Assembly (NCBI GenBank): GCA_963663965.2
Contig: CAXXFK010000042.1
Coordinates: 64,001 to 128,000, forward strand
DNA: 64,000 nt
DNA from: Sedimentisphaerales bacterium
GTDB lineage: Bacteria; Planctomycetota; Phycisphaerae; Sedimentisphaerales; SM23-30
Direction of reading: 5' to 3'
The translations under genes and the position numbers were made by a program. Positions 11,346 to 21,638 of this stretch are shown in pieces (positions within the stretch are counted from its first letter, which is position 1; each line of letters starts with the position of its first letter). The notes beneath the pieces were generated by a model. It was not told the origin of the DNA. It made no database searches and worked only from the letters and a program-made list of their open reading frames with translations.

Positions 11346-13826
11346 ATGAAAACGAGCGTATTTGAAATCGTTATCGCCATCCTGTGTCTGGCACCGTTTA
11401 GTTGGGGGAGGGAATTTTATTTAACGACGAACTATGCGGAATCTTTTACCCAGGGCTACCGAATTACGGTCAATGATCTTTCCATCGATGGTAATCCGTT
11501 GCGTTTGGGTGGGGTGACCTATAAACGAGGTTTGGGAACTCATGCCAACGGTGAGATCGTGTATCGATTGGGTGGCGCGGCAAAAAGATTTTCGGCGCTG
11601 GTCGGTATTGATGATGAAACGAACAAACTGGGAACCGTCATATTCAAGGTAGTGGCTGATGGCAAAGAGGTATTTAACAGCGATGTCATGAAGGGGGGGG
11701 ATCCTCCGAAGAAGGTTGAACTGGATATCAGCAATGTCAATGAATTGCGTTTGATTTGCGAGGGGACGGATGACCGGATCAGTTACGATCATGCCGATTG
11801 GGTAGAGGCCAGGATTGAAACGAATGACAAAGATTTAATCGCCCGCATTCGCGAGGCGGAACAGATCAATTACCTGAATTTGAAAGACCGGGCGGAAGTC
11901 GACAAGTTGCGGGAGGGCGATCAACCGATCGAACTTAAAGCGGCGGATGGCAGCCAGGTGTTGAGTTTTTATCCCCAGGCCGGGGTGTATGATATTTACG
12001 CCGGAAATGAAAAGATTACCGGCGCCCGTTTGGCCGTGAATGGGGAAGAAGTACTTCGGCAAGGAGAGGTTCAGGGCGCCGCCGATCATCTGATCGTTCG
12101 CAGCAAGCTGAAAACGTTTGAGATCGAAACCTGTTTTGGGCAATACGAAAAGCATTGGTTGAGCTTACAGGTAAAAATCAAAAACAGCGCGGATAAACCG
12201 CATCCGCTGAACAGTTTGATTTATCTGCTGGGGAATCTCGATGGGATTTTAAATGGTAAGCCGGTTCCAGATCTGCGGATATTTACGGATTCCTACAGTA
12301 TGTGGGATGAGATGCCGGGTCATCAGGAAATCGGTGAAAATATGCGTAGTGGGAAATATATCAGTTCGATATTCAGCCCGGATTACCCTCAGGCCTGGAC
12401 GATCGGATTCGCGCCTCCGCAAGACTGGCCGGGGACAATCTCGACTCACGGCAATGCCAACGAACTGCGCGTGTTTATCGATTTATTCGGCAAGCCGTTT
12501 ATGATCGGTCCGGGTGAAGAGGTGGTCTTCGACCGGATGATTCTTACCGGGCAATTCAACCTGGTGGATGGATTGCTGGCCTATGGCGCCTGTTATCGCC
12601 CGCATTTTGACCTGGCGAACGTCAAAAAGATACACGGCTATAACAGCTGGGAGTATTACAAAGGGGATATTAACGCGGAGACGATGGGCCAGGCCCTGAA
12701 GGATCTGAGCGCCTGGGAACCGGCGCGGGAGGCGATGACCTATTTTGTATTGGATAATGGCTGGAAAAACGCCTATGGAGACTGGACGTTTATCAAGGAG
12801 AAATGGCCGGCGGGCGGCAAGGCCTGGACCGATAGCGTCAACCAGGCCGGGTTAGCGCCGGGTATCTGGCTGGCGCCGTTCTGGATGTCGCCGGAATTAA
12901 CCCATGAACTTAATTTGCGGGACTATCCCCCAAACGAATCCGATGGTCTGGCAAAACTGCGGGTACTGATCGATCCATCGGATCCTGGGTTGCGTGATCG
13001 AATTTGTCGTCAGCTTCATGAATTGAGGGAGATGGGATTCCGATATTTTAAGACTGATTTTCTCTTTGATGTCTATAAAGGGAATCGCGATTACAAATAT
13101 TCCAAATATGCTCCGGAACGCGTGATGCGTGAATTTATGCAGGCGATCCGTCAGGCGATGGGTGAGGATGCGTTCTGGCTGGCCTGTGGTACGGTCACAG
13201 CGCCCTGTGCCGGATTAGTGGATGCCTCGCGAGTGGGGATGGATATCAAAGCCAGTTGGGGATGGTTGCGGGATACCATTGTGCGACGTAATGCCGTCCG
13301 GTTCTGGATGCATGGCAATCTGTGGTTATGCGATCAGGATTTTCTGGTCGTGCGCGGACCGGATTTGTGGAAAAAGGGCTTTGAGGAGCCCCTGGCAGTG
13401 GATGTAGCGGCCCCGGGATTCAGCCTGGATGAAGCGAGGACCTGGTGCGCCTATACCGTGATAACCGGCGGACCGGTTATCTGGTCGGATCATCCGGCTG
13501 GAATCACTGATGCCGGCCGCGATCTGGTCGCCCGGACATTGCGCCACGGCGGGGGTCATGCCGGCATCCCTCTTGATCTGGAGAAAACGAACCTGCCCAC
13601 CCGGTGGGTTCGCAGAGAGTCGGACCGGATCTATCTGGCGTTATTCAACTGGGATGAAAAAGAGGCAACTTTTGCACTCACGCCACAAGAAGTACCGGAA
13701 TTAGGCATCGTTAAAGAAGCCGTGGGGATTTTCGATGATAAGAAATATGATATCAATACCGGCCGGTTGGAAACCACGCTCAAGCCGCATCAATCCTTAT
13801 GTGTTTTTATTGCTAAGGGACCGTAA
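11346..13826 (+). CDS. NPCBM/NEW2 domain + alpha-galactosidase-like (GH27/GH36 clan) glycoside hydrolase
   Basis: Signal peptide; RGLGTHANGEIVY...FSALVGIDD...DHADWVEA (NPCBM); GYNSWEYY, FVLDNGW, PGIWLAPF, GFRYFKTDF, DASRVGMD. Confidence 0.8.
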   Translation: MKTSVFEIVIAILCLAPFSWGREFYLTTNYAESFTQGYRITVNDLSIDGNPLRLGGVTYKRGLGTHANGEIVYRLGGAAKRFSALVGIDDETNKLGTVIFKVVADGKEVFNSDVMKGGDPPKKVELDISNVNELRLICEGTDDRISYDHADWVEARIETNDKDLIARIREAEQINYLNLKDRAEVDKLREGDQPIELKAADGSQVLSFYPQAGVYDIYAGNEKITGARLAVNGEEVLRQGEVQGAADHLIVRSKLKTFEIETCFGQYEKHWLSLQVKIKNSADKPHPLNSLIYLLGNLDGILNGKPVPDLRIFTDSYSMWDEMPGHQEIGENMRSGKYISSIFSPDYPQAWTIGFAPPQDWPGTISTHGNANELRVFIDLFGKPFMIGPGEEVVFDRMILTGQFNLVDGLLAYGACYRPHFDLANVKKIHGYNSWEYYKGDINAETMGQALKDLSAWEPAREAMTYFVLDNGWKNAYGDWTFIKEKWPAGGKAWTDSVNQAGLAPGIWLAPFWMSPELTHELNLRDYPPNESDGLAKLRVLIDPSDPGLRDRICRQLHELREMGFRYFKTDFLFDVYKGNRDYKYSKYAPERVMREFMQAIRQAMGEDAFWLACGTVTAPCAGLVDASRVGMDIKASWGWLRDTIVRRNAVRFWMHGNLWLCDQDFLVVRGPDLWKKGFEEPLAVDVAAPGFSLDEARTWCAYTVITGGPVIWSDHPAGITDAGRDLVARTLRHGGGHAGIPLDLEKTNLPTRWVRRESDRIYLALFNWDEKEATFALTPQEVPELGIVKEAVGIFDDKKYDINTGRLETTLKPHQSLCVFIAKGP

Positions 13827-13844
13827 ATAAATAACCCCTTCATT

Positions 13845-13975
13845 TTTCATTCCGGCTTGCCGCCATCTTCATCCGCTTCTCAATCGCGAAATCCTCGATA
13901 TCGATTAGCACTGCCTGCGGTTTCGCTCACTCGGCGCGACTGAATCTGACGACAATCTGTGCGATAAATGCAGCA
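13845..13975. repeat. Palindromic intergenic element (REP/MITE-like)
   Basis: Nested inverted segments such as GCGAAA(TCCTCGA)...(CTGCGG)TTTCGC in a non-coding interval; single copy in the window. Confidence 0.35.
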
Positions 13976-13989
13976 TTTATTTATATACG

Positions 13990-14194
13990 GACCCTAAACC
14001 GGCAGTGCCGGAACCAAACAGGGTCACAGCGGCATCCGCCTCCCTGCTGAGATTTCTTTGCCATTTTGCGCAAGATTTCACTCGCAAGACCCTAAACCGG
14101 CAGTGCCGGAACCAAACAGGGTCACAGTGGCATCCGCCTCCCTGCTGAGATTTCTTTGCCATTTTGCGCAAGATTTCACTCGCAAGACCCTAAA
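13990..14194. repeat. Two tandem copies of a 98-bp dispersed repeat plus a terminal GACCCTAAA
   Basis: Units start at 13990 and 14088 and differ by one base; GACCCTAAA recurs at 14186; a third copy lies at 59476. Confidence 0.95.
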
Positions 14195-14280
14195 TGACAA
14201 TTAATCTGTCATTAAAGTTGAGTTTGACAATCTGAATTTCAAATAAAACCATAAGCGATTGAGTCGCCAGAAAGAAGATC

Positions 14281-14949
14281 ATGTCGCATCATAAACTGTC
14301 GTATGAAGCCGTCCTGTTCGACCTGGATGGCACTTTGCTGGATACCCTGGCGGACCTGGGTGAGAGTGTCAACCGGGTTCTGGAATCCTTAGGTTTTTCC
14401 GGACATTCTATTGATTCATACCGATTCAGGGTGGGAAATGGCGTCAGGAAGCTGGTAGAACGCAGTTTGCCCCCAGACCGTCAGGAGGTATTTGAGCAGG
14501 CGTTAACGATGCAAAAAGAGCATTATCGCCGGTTTTGTACTGTTCATACCCGGCCTTATCCCGGTGTTATTGAAATATTGAAGTCATTAAAGGCATCTGG
14601 ATTGAAACTGGCGGTGCTTTCAAATAAACCGCATGATTTAACCTGTTATCTGGTGGATTATTATTTTGGTGATCAAGGGTTTGACCTGGTTTGCGGGCAT
14701 CAAGACGGGAGGGCATTGAAACCCGATCCCGGCAGTGCCCTTGGGATTGCCGCCGCTCTTGGGGTCAGGCCTGATCGGATGGTTTTTGTGGGGGACAGCG
14801 CTATGGATATGGAGACCGCACTGGCCGCAGAGATGGTACCGATCGGGGTATTATGGGGATTTCGTCCTAAAAATGAATTAATCAAGGGGGGGGCGGCCCG
14901 GTTGGCGGCGAATTGCGAAGATCTCCTTAAGTGTATTTTAAGTACTTGA
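14281..14949 (+). CDS. HAD-family hydrolase (phosphoglycolate phosphatase-like)
   Basis: FDLDGTLLDT, AVLSNK, KPDP, FVGDSAMD. Confidence 0.9.
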   Translation: MSHHKLSYEAVLFDLDGTLLDTLADLGESVNRVLESLGFSGHSIDSYRFRVGNGVRKLVERSLPPDRQEVFEQALTMQKEHYRRFCTVHTRPYPGVIEILKSLKASGLKLAVLSNKPHDLTCYLVDYYFGDQGFDLVCGHQDGRALKPDPGSALGIAAALGVRPDRMVFVGDSAMDMETALAAEMVPIGVLWGFRPKNELIKGGAARLAANCEDLLKCILST

Positions 14950-15300
14950 TGGATAAAGAGTTAATGTTATTTAGTCGACAGGTTAATCACTGCTTTAATA
15001 AAATTAATTAAAATTATAGTTGTCTTTTTACGATAAATAGGTTTAAAATAAGTGTGCTTGAGTATCTTGTTTTTTAGCAATACACGAAGAATTTCAGTGT
15101 ATTTATGTGAGACCTATATCGGCTGTTACGAAAACGGGTTTACGAACGACAGGATTTCCGGCTATCCAAGTTAATACGTGTATAAACAGCGTCACATTAA
15201 TTCGTGAGTTGTAATTTATTGGAAAATGCCTGTTGTTCGGCAGATTCCTGGTTTTATTTCGATTTTGCACTTTCCGTAAGTGCTGGAGGTTTCACCCGTT

Positions 15301-15606
15301 ATGAGTAACATTTATGTTGGCAATCTGAATTTCAAGACCACTCAGCAAGATCTGGAAGACATGTTCGGTGAGTTTGGTCCGGTCAAGAGCGTACGTATCA
15401 TTACTGATCGTGACAGTGGTCGCAGTAAAGGATTCGCTTTTGTTGAAATGGAATCAAGTGAAGACGCTGAAAAGGCTATTGAAGCCATCAATGGAAAAGA
15501 TATTGGTGGCCGCACTTTAAAAGTGAACGAAGCCCGACCCCGTGAAGAAAACAACAGTCGCGGGCCACGTCGTGGCGGTGGCGGCGGCGGTCAGCGTCGT
15601 TACTAA
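15301..15606 (+). CDS. RRM-domain RNA-binding protein with Gly/Arg-rich tail
   Basis: IYVGNL (RNP2), KGFAFVEM (RNP1), LKVNEARPR; GGAGG RBS before ATG 15301. Confidence 0.95.
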   Translation: MSNIYVGNLNFKTTQQDLEDMFGEFGPVKSVRIITDRDSGRSKGFAFVEMESSEDAEKAIEAINGKDIGGRTLKVNEARPREENNSRGPRRGGGGGGQRRY

Positions 15607-15623
15607 GACTGACTAAAAAAACG

Positions 15624-15672
15624 AAAAGAAAACGTCGACTCAACAAGATTGGGTGGGCGTTTTCTTTTTTTT
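15624..15672 (+). terminator. Intrinsic terminator after the RRM gene
   Basis: AAAAGAAAACGTC...GGCGTTTTCTTTTTTTT. Confidence 0.65.
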
Positions 15673-15993
15673 AAGGGAGCTGTGAAATGCAATCTGAAAA
15701 GGATTGGCCAGCCATTCGGGAGGAATTTGAATAAGAAACCGATGGGCTTGGTGTGGGCGTGATGTTTTCATCGAGTTATGATAAAAAAGAAAACATCGGG
15801 ATAACTTTGGTTATCGCGATGTTTTCCGGAGGGGAGAAAACTCATTTATCATATCGAAACAATAAGGAAAGAGACTTTAATCCGGGCCGATTTTCCAGCT
15901 TTGCAATTGATTATAGTGTTACAAGAATCAATAAAAAAAGTTGAACCATGTAAAATTTTAAATTTTACATTGATATTGATCGGTGAAGCGCAT

Positions 15994-16026
15994 AAAAAAA
16001 TCCCGCAGATCATCGATCGCGGGATT
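15994..16026 (-). terminator. Intrinsic terminator after the small coiled-coil gene
   Basis: A7-TCCCGC...GCGGGA hairpin. Confidence 0.6.
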
Positions 16027-16060
16027 AAGTTACGCGAGAAAAAGTAATTAGCAGTAAGGT

Positions 16061-16327
16061 TTATTTATTGTTATCCGATTCTTCCAGCATTTTTCGAAGA
16101 TAGGAATTTTCGCGGCGGGTCGCTTCCAGATCGAACAGGAGATATTTAATACTAAGCCGCAAATAATCCAGAGAATCCTGCAAAGAGGACACGCTTTTTT
16201 TCAGCTGGTTATGTCTTTCTTTGGTTTCTTCGGCCAATTGTTCGAGTTTTTTTCTCTGGGAAGGGGGCAGAGAGCCAATTTCTTTGACCAGATCATTTAA
16301 CTTCTTTTGGAATGTCGTTTCGTCCAT
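16061..16327 (-). CDS. Small coiled-coil hypothetical protein (planctomycete-type)
   Basis: MDETTFQKKLNDL...SLDYLRLSIKYLLFDLEATRRENSYLRKML; GGAG RBS before ATG 16327. Confidence 0.8.
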   Translation of the reverse strand: MDETTFQKKLNDLVKEIGSLPPSQRKKLEQLAEETKERHNQLKKSVSSLQDSLDYLRLSIKYLLFDLEATRRENSYLRKMLEESDNNK

Positions 16328-16421
16328 TTTCTTGCTCCCAGGCATAAATGGTTTATATTCAATTTTTTGCCAGAGGCTTACGCTCTCCTCCAACGGTATA
16401 ATAGCTATGGATTATATTTTT

Positions 16422-16437
16422 TGCAAAAGATGTGCCA
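16422..16437 (-). promoter_or_regulatory. Sigma-54 (-24/-12) promoter
   Basis: Minus strand TGGCAC-ATCTT-TTGCA, about 95 nt upstream of ATG 16327. Confidence 0.7.
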
Positions 16438-16897
16438 GTTGGAATAAATATTGACTTCGCGGTCTAAGGCAGTCAAATACAATGCTTTAGCATAAGTGGG
16501 ACTGGCAAATATTCGAACATGTCGACAAATGCCTTTGTGAGGCAATGTTGATGGAAATCAACATGAGCAACAGGTTTAAAAGACGAAAAAATACGTAACT
16601 ATTTAATCGATAATCTGTTAAGTAGTTATAGCGTGTGGAAAGGAAAAGCGATCCAAAAACGACATGATTCGCTCAGCATACATAATTAATCCGAAGCTAT
16701 GCAAATATCAAAGAGCATCTAATTCAGATTAGCTGATTTTGCTGAAACTCCAAACGCAAAAACTTAAATTTTCAGCGATTTTTATGTAAAATATTTAAGT
16801 GTTTCATAACTGTATTATTATCAATTAGTTAAATGATTTATTGCTTTGGCTTAGGGGTGTAAAAGGGAGAAATGGGAGACGGAAAGGGAGGGGGTAT

Positions 16898-17719
16898 TCA
16901 GGGCATTGGAGAGAAAAGTTGGTTGAATTCCGCGGTAATGTCTGTTTGACGCATGAGCGTTTCGCCAATAAGAACGGCATTGAAGCCATGGTCAATCAGC
17001 AATTCGACATCCTGCCGGGTTTTGATACCGCTTTCACTGACTAAAGGAATGATCCCGAGATACTTTTTAGCCACATTGATAGAATGGCCAAGATTAACAG
17101 TCATGGTTTTCAGATTTCGATTATTAATACCAAGTAGCCAGTGAGGCTGTTTTGGGGCAGAGATTTTCAATAATCGATCCACGATGGCAGTAGATTGGAG
17201 GTCATGAATCTCGAACAGGACCGCCAGATCCATATCGGCGGCGAGCAAAAACAGGTCTTCCAAGGGCTGGTACTGGTCAAAAGCCTCAGCAATCAATAAG
17301 ACGGCATCGGCTCCAGCCGCGCGCGCCTGATAAATCTGATAAGGATCGATGATAAAATCTTTGCGTAAAAGGGGGGTATCGACGGCTGATCTTACCTGAC
17401 TAAGGTATTCCAGTTTACCCTGGAAATATGGTTCGTCCGTAAGGATGCTGATCGCGTCGGCCCCTGCATGCAAATAGACGCGGGCAATGGCAACCGGATC
17501 GAAATCCGGACGAATTAAACCCGCCGAAGGCGAGGCTTTTTTAATTTCAGAGATCACATTAATACCCCGACGATTCGATTTCGTTAGACTGGCCAAGAAG
17601 TCTTTTGTTTTGCTTTGATTGTGAATGATGTTAACAAGAGAGTCCTGAGAAACTTCTAATTTTTGGTTATGAAGTTCCTGTTGTTTGGTAAGTAATATTT
17701 TGTGTAATATATCAGTCAT
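16898..17719 (-). CDS. trpC: Indole-3-glycerol phosphate synthase
   Basis: ISEIKKASPSAG, ISILTDEPYFQG, LLRKDFIIDPYQI, GADAVLLI, GINNRNL, VSESGI, VLIGETLMR. Confidence 0.97.
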   Translation of the reverse strand: MTDILHKILLTKQQELHNQKLEVSQDSLVNIIHNQSKTKDFLASLTKSNRRGINVISEIKKASPSAGLIRPDFDPVAIARVYLHAGADAISILTDEPYFQGKLEYLSQVRSAVDTPLLRKDFIIDPYQIYQARAAGADAVLLIAEAFDQYQPLEDLFLLAADMDLAVLFEIHDLQSTAIVDRLLKISAPKQPHWLLGINNRNLKTMTVNLGHSINVAKKYLGIIPLVSESGIKTRQDVELLIDHGFNAVLIGETLMRQTDITAEFNQLFSPMP

Positions 17720-18149
17720 ATCAGATTAAGCCAAACTAACAAATTGTAGTATTCAGCAGGATTAAGTGGGCAAAAAACGATAAATCGCATCTAATTGAAA
17801 ATTAAACATTGTAATGTCCATTCTAATGGATCTGGAAAAAAAGCCAATATTTTTCAATAAATTATTTAATCCGGCCAATATAGCTAGAAATAAAACTTAT
17901 ATTTTGTTTTTTTCTGTTGCATCAGCAAATGAAATTTATTACAGTGACATATAGTTTTAGGTTAAAGAACAAATTTTTATTGAAAATCAGAGTTGGTGGT
18001 TTTGCTGATCGCAGAGATGGTTGTGGCAAATAAGTAATAGTTTATCAAGTATAGTATAGCCAGTATTTACGTGATTGATCTGTGTTCATATTGGTTTCGA
18101 ATGCGGTCAATGCGGATTTGGAAATCAGACTATCGGGGATAAATGGATT

Positions 18150-20459
18150 ATGACAAGCCTATTGCCTATCAGCTGTTTATCGGGCAAGTTTGAGGAGGAA
18201 TGTGCTTCCATTGCTCGGGAAATAGGATTTGATATTCTGGATACTGTTAACTGGACTGAATTAACGGTCAATCACATTGTTGCCCTTGAACCAGATTTAA
18301 TCGTATTGGATGGGCGGGCTTATGCCAATCAAGCATTCGATATCTGCCGTATGTTAAAATATCATCGGCATACAAGGATTATCCCGCTTTTAATAATATG
18401 GTCAGAAATACCCGCAGGTTATCCCGCCAGTTTGATTGAGGCCGGCGCCGATATTGTTGCGAGCGGTGAAGATAAGAAATCAATACTAAACCAAACGAAG
18501 GTTTTGATTCGCAGCAGGTCTTATACCAGGCATTTCCGGAACAATTATACCAATTTAATCCAGTCAATCAAACAATTGCGTCATCAATATTTACAGGCGA
18601 ATAAAGACAATCAGAAACTGATGGATGTGTCTGAGGCAATTGTTATTACATTATCATCGGAAGGTTTAATACAAAAAGTAAACCAGAAGGCGCTGGAAAT
18701 CCTGGGAGAAGAGGAGGAGGCGATCATTGGCCGACACTGGATCAAGACTTATGTTGTTTCCGAGAAACGAACCCTGGTGGAATCGATATTCGATCGATTG
18801 GGGCATGAGAATCAGGAATGTCAACTGGAATTGGAGCATAGCATCCTGACACAAGAACGCGGCGAATGTGTCCTGTTATGCCGCTATTCGCTGCGAGAGG
18901 ATATCTATGGCAATCCTGCCGGATTGATTCTGTCGGCCCAGGATATCACATTGGCAAAGCGGATCGAAAATGCCTTATATGACAGTGAGGGCCGCTATGA
19001 ATCAATGGCGCGAATTTCGCCAGTGGGCATATTCCGGGTAGATCCCACCGGTCATTATATTTATTTCAATGAACGCTGGAAGGCGATTACCGGACTGGAT
19101 CAGGAGGTTGCGTGGGAGAAGTACTGGATCGATACCGTTTGTGAACCAGACCGGGACGAGGTACAGAAAAACTGGAGGGCCTTTGTCCAGGGAGAAAAGG
19201 CATTCAGTATGGAATTCCGGCTTTGCGATCTGCCCAATCAAGAAATCTGGGTTAATTGTCATCTGGTCGCGGAAAAAGACAAAAAGGGCCTTGTGACCGG
19301 ATATCTGGGAACGATCACCGATATATCGGAACGCAAAAAAGCCGAAAAGATGTTGCGCAATTATGAGAACACGGTCGAGAGTACGGAAGATATGCTGATC
19401 GCGCTGGATCAGGATTATCGTTTCCTGATCGCCAATCAGGCGTTCCTGCGTTATTTTAATTTACGCAAGGAAGCGGTGATCGGTAACCGGGCCGGAGAGA
19501 CCCTGGAGGAGGGGTTTTTCGACAAAAATATGAAACCCAATCTGGATTTGTGTTTAAAGGGTAAATTTATTCAATATGAGCGGCCCTTGACATTGCCACA
19601 TGCAGGGAAACGTTTTGTGAGCGAATCGATGTTCCCGTTGACCGATCAGAGCGGTGAGGTTTGTGGAATCGTAGCTTCTATTCGAGATATAACAGATCGC
19701 AAAACAGTCGAAAAGCAGTTGCTGGATTATCAGTCTCAACTGAAAAAGTTATCAACAAAATTGTCACTATCGGAAGAGCGTGAGCGCCGCCAGATTGCGG
19801 TAGAACTCCATGACCGAATCTCTCAGACACTGGTCTTTGCCAAAATGAAGGTGGACTTATTACAAGACAAACCTTTAGTGGGGAAAGATCGCAAGGCATT
19901 ACAAGAAGTCGCGGATCTGATTCATGAAACGCTGGATAACGTTCATCGATTAACTCATGAGTTGAGTTATCCGATTCTGTATGAGATGGGATTCGAAGCG
20001 GCAGTAAGCGCCTGGGTGGCTGATCATATCGAGAAGAAGCATAAATTGCCGGTTGACATCTGTGATGACGGGAATCCCAAACCGTTAAGTGATGAAGTCC
20101 GATTGATCTTATTCCGAGCCGCCAGGGAATTGCTAAATAACGTAGTGAAGCACGCCCGGGCCCATCGAGTGCGTATTGTGATTCAGCGTGTTGGGCATCA
20201 GATTGAATTAATTGTTGAGGATGACGGTATTGGATTTGGGGGGTATGATCGGAATGTCAATCCAGAATTAGGCAGCGGATTTGGCTTATTCGATATCCGG
20301 GAACGTTTGGAGCAGGTGAAGGGTAATATCGTTATCAAATCAAATCCGGGAGAAGGGACAAAAGTTATTGTCAGAGCCCCGTTAAAAGGATATACTGATA
20401 AGCTTGAGGAACGGGCCGTTTATGGCCAGGCAGAAAAACGTACCTCAGATTTACATTAA
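18150..20459 (+). CDS. Cytoplasmic sensor histidine kinase (degenerate receiver-like N-terminus, three PAS domains, HisKA_3 + HATPase)
   Basis: PDLIVLD...FDICRMLK; three PAS/PAC ends (QDIT, TDISERK, RDITDRK); EERERRQIAVELHD; ELLNNVVKHA, DDGIGF, GFGLFDIRER. Confidence 0.92.
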   Translation: MTSLLPISCLSGKFEEECASIAREIGFDILDTVNWTELTVNHIVALEPDLIVLDGRAYANQAFDICRMLKYHRHTRIIPLLIIWSEIPAGYPASLIEAGADIVASGEDKKSILNQTKVLIRSRSYTRHFRNNYTNLIQSIKQLRHQYLQANKDNQKLMDVSEAIVITLSSEGLIQKVNQKALEILGEEEEAIIGRHWIKTYVVSEKRTLVESIFDRLGHENQECQLELEHSILTQERGECVLLCRYSLREDIYGNPAGLILSAQDITLAKRIENALYDSEGRYESMARISPVGIFRVDPTGHYIYFNERWKAITGLDQEVAWEKYWIDTVCEPDRDEVQKNWRAFVQGEKAFSMEFRLCDLPNQEIWVNCHLVAEKDKKGLVTGYLGTITDISERKKAEKMLRNYENTVESTEDMLIALDQDYRFLIANQAFLRYFNLRKEAVIGNRAGETLEEGFFDKNMKPNLDLCLKGKFIQYERPLTLPHAGKRFVSESMFPLTDQSGEVCGIVASIRDITDRKTVEKQLLDYQSQLKKLSTKLSLSEERERRQIAVELHDRISQTLVFAKMKVDLLQDKPLVGKDRKALQEVADLIHETLDNVHRLTHELSYPILYEMGFEAAVSAWVADHIEKKHKLPVDICDDGNPKPLSDEVRLILFRAARELLNNVVKHARAHRVRIVIQRVGHQIELIVEDDGIGFGGYDRNVNPELGSGFGLFDIRERLEQVKGNIVIKSNPGEGTKVIVRAPLKGYTDKLEERAVYGQAEKRTSDLH

Positions 20460-20474
20460 TTCAGGATTAATATC

Positions 20475-21128
20475 ATGGGAACGAAGATATTATTAGCCGA
20501 CGACCATGAAATCGTACGATGCGGATTAAAAGCGATCATAGAAACCAGGCCGGACCTGGAGGTTATTGGTGAGGCGGGGAATGGCCGCGAGGCCGTATCA
20601 ATGGTGGATGAATTAAGACCGCATATTGTGATCATGGACATTACGATGCCGGATTTAAATGGTTTGGAAGCTACCCGGCAGATTAAAGATAAGCATCCCG
20701 CCATCCGGATTATTGCTTTATCCATGCATCATAATAAACGGTTTGTAGTTGATATGCTGAAGGCCGGAGTTTCAGGATATATTTCTAAAGCAACTGTTCA
20801 TAATGATTTGCTGCTTGCTATCGGCGCAGCAATGGCGGGGGAAGTATATTTAAGTTCAAAGATTACCGGTATTGTGGCGGAAGATTATATTACCGGCCAA
20901 GCAGGTGGAGAAGCAGTACCCGCATCCGTCTTGTCTCCACGCGAACGGGAAGTCCTTCAGTTGATTGCGGAAGGAAAATCCACGAAAGAAATCGCGTTGC
21001 ACCTCCATGTCAGCGTAAAGACAATCGAGTCGACTCGACGCCAAATTATGAATAAATTGAACATATTCAATGTGGCAGATTTGACAAAGTATGCAATTAG
21101 CGAAGGCTTGACAACGCTGGAATTTTAA
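20475..21128 (+). CDS. NarL/FixJ-family response regulator
   Basis: LLADDH, IMDITMP, LSPREREVLQLIAEGKSTKEIA (LuxR HTH). Confidence 0.95.
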   Translation: MGTKILLADDHEIVRCGLKAIIETRPDLEVIGEAGNGREAVSMVDELRPHIVIMDITMPDLNGLEATRQIKDKHPAIRIIALSMHHNKRFVVDMLKAGVSGYISKATVHNDLLLAIGAAMAGEVYLSSKITGIVAEDYITGQAGGEAVPASVLSPREREVLQLIAEGKSTKEIALHLHVSVKTIESTRRQIMNKLNIFNVADLTKYAISEGLTTLEF

Positions 21129-21410
21129 GAGGGTACGGGGAGAAAGAGCCTTAATTCCGGTTTTGAGATAAGAACGGCATTTATAAAATATCTGTTTAAA
21201 TATATGTTGCTCAAGAGTGTGAATGTCGGGTTGTGTTTTTTAAGTCATTAATTTATAGTATTTTGTGGTAAATCGCATCATTGATGGTCCAGCCATCATA
21301 TATAGTGTGATGGGTCATAAAAAGAGTTTGTATTTATACAGGTTTTTCGGTAGCAAGATTAAGGGATTCCCTGTATTGATATATTTCATCAGGGTCGATA
21401 TGATATATGT

Positions 21411-21490
21411 AACAATAAGAAAACCGGGCTTGATGCATGCTATCTGGCTTTCCCTCAATCCCCGACCTCCAGATAGCATGCGATTTTTTT
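21411..21490 (+). ncRNA. Candidate small RNA of about 80 nt
   Basis: TTGATA-17nt-TATGAT promoter at 21376-21404; perfect 13-bp stem GCATGCTATCTGG/CCAGATAGCATGC with a C-rich loop followed by a T-run; no credible ORF. Confidence 0.4.
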
Positions 21491-21638
21491 ATGCAAAACA
21501 AAAAAACTGAGATTAGCTTGTTTTCGGTTCGATTCGGGATATAATCAATGCAATTGTGTGGCTGTTTGTAACTCTCTATAGTTTAAATAGATATGGCTTA
21601 TATGGCTGATGGGGCATTGAAGCGCCCATTTCGAAGTT

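Noticed and set aside
13977..14171. 64-aa ORF with an internal repeat
   Set aside because: It is a translation of the tandem DNA repeat.
13990..14194. Possible CRISPR array
   Set aside because: Units are contiguous 98-bp near-identical copies with no unique spacers, and no cas genes are present.
14950..15300. Regulatory RNA in the long leader of the RRM gene
   Set aside because: Plausible, but no specific structure or known motif could be supported by eye.
21130..21638. SAM or cobalamin riboswitch upstream of the corrinoid/methionine genes
   Set aside because: No recognisable S-box or B12-box core sequences.
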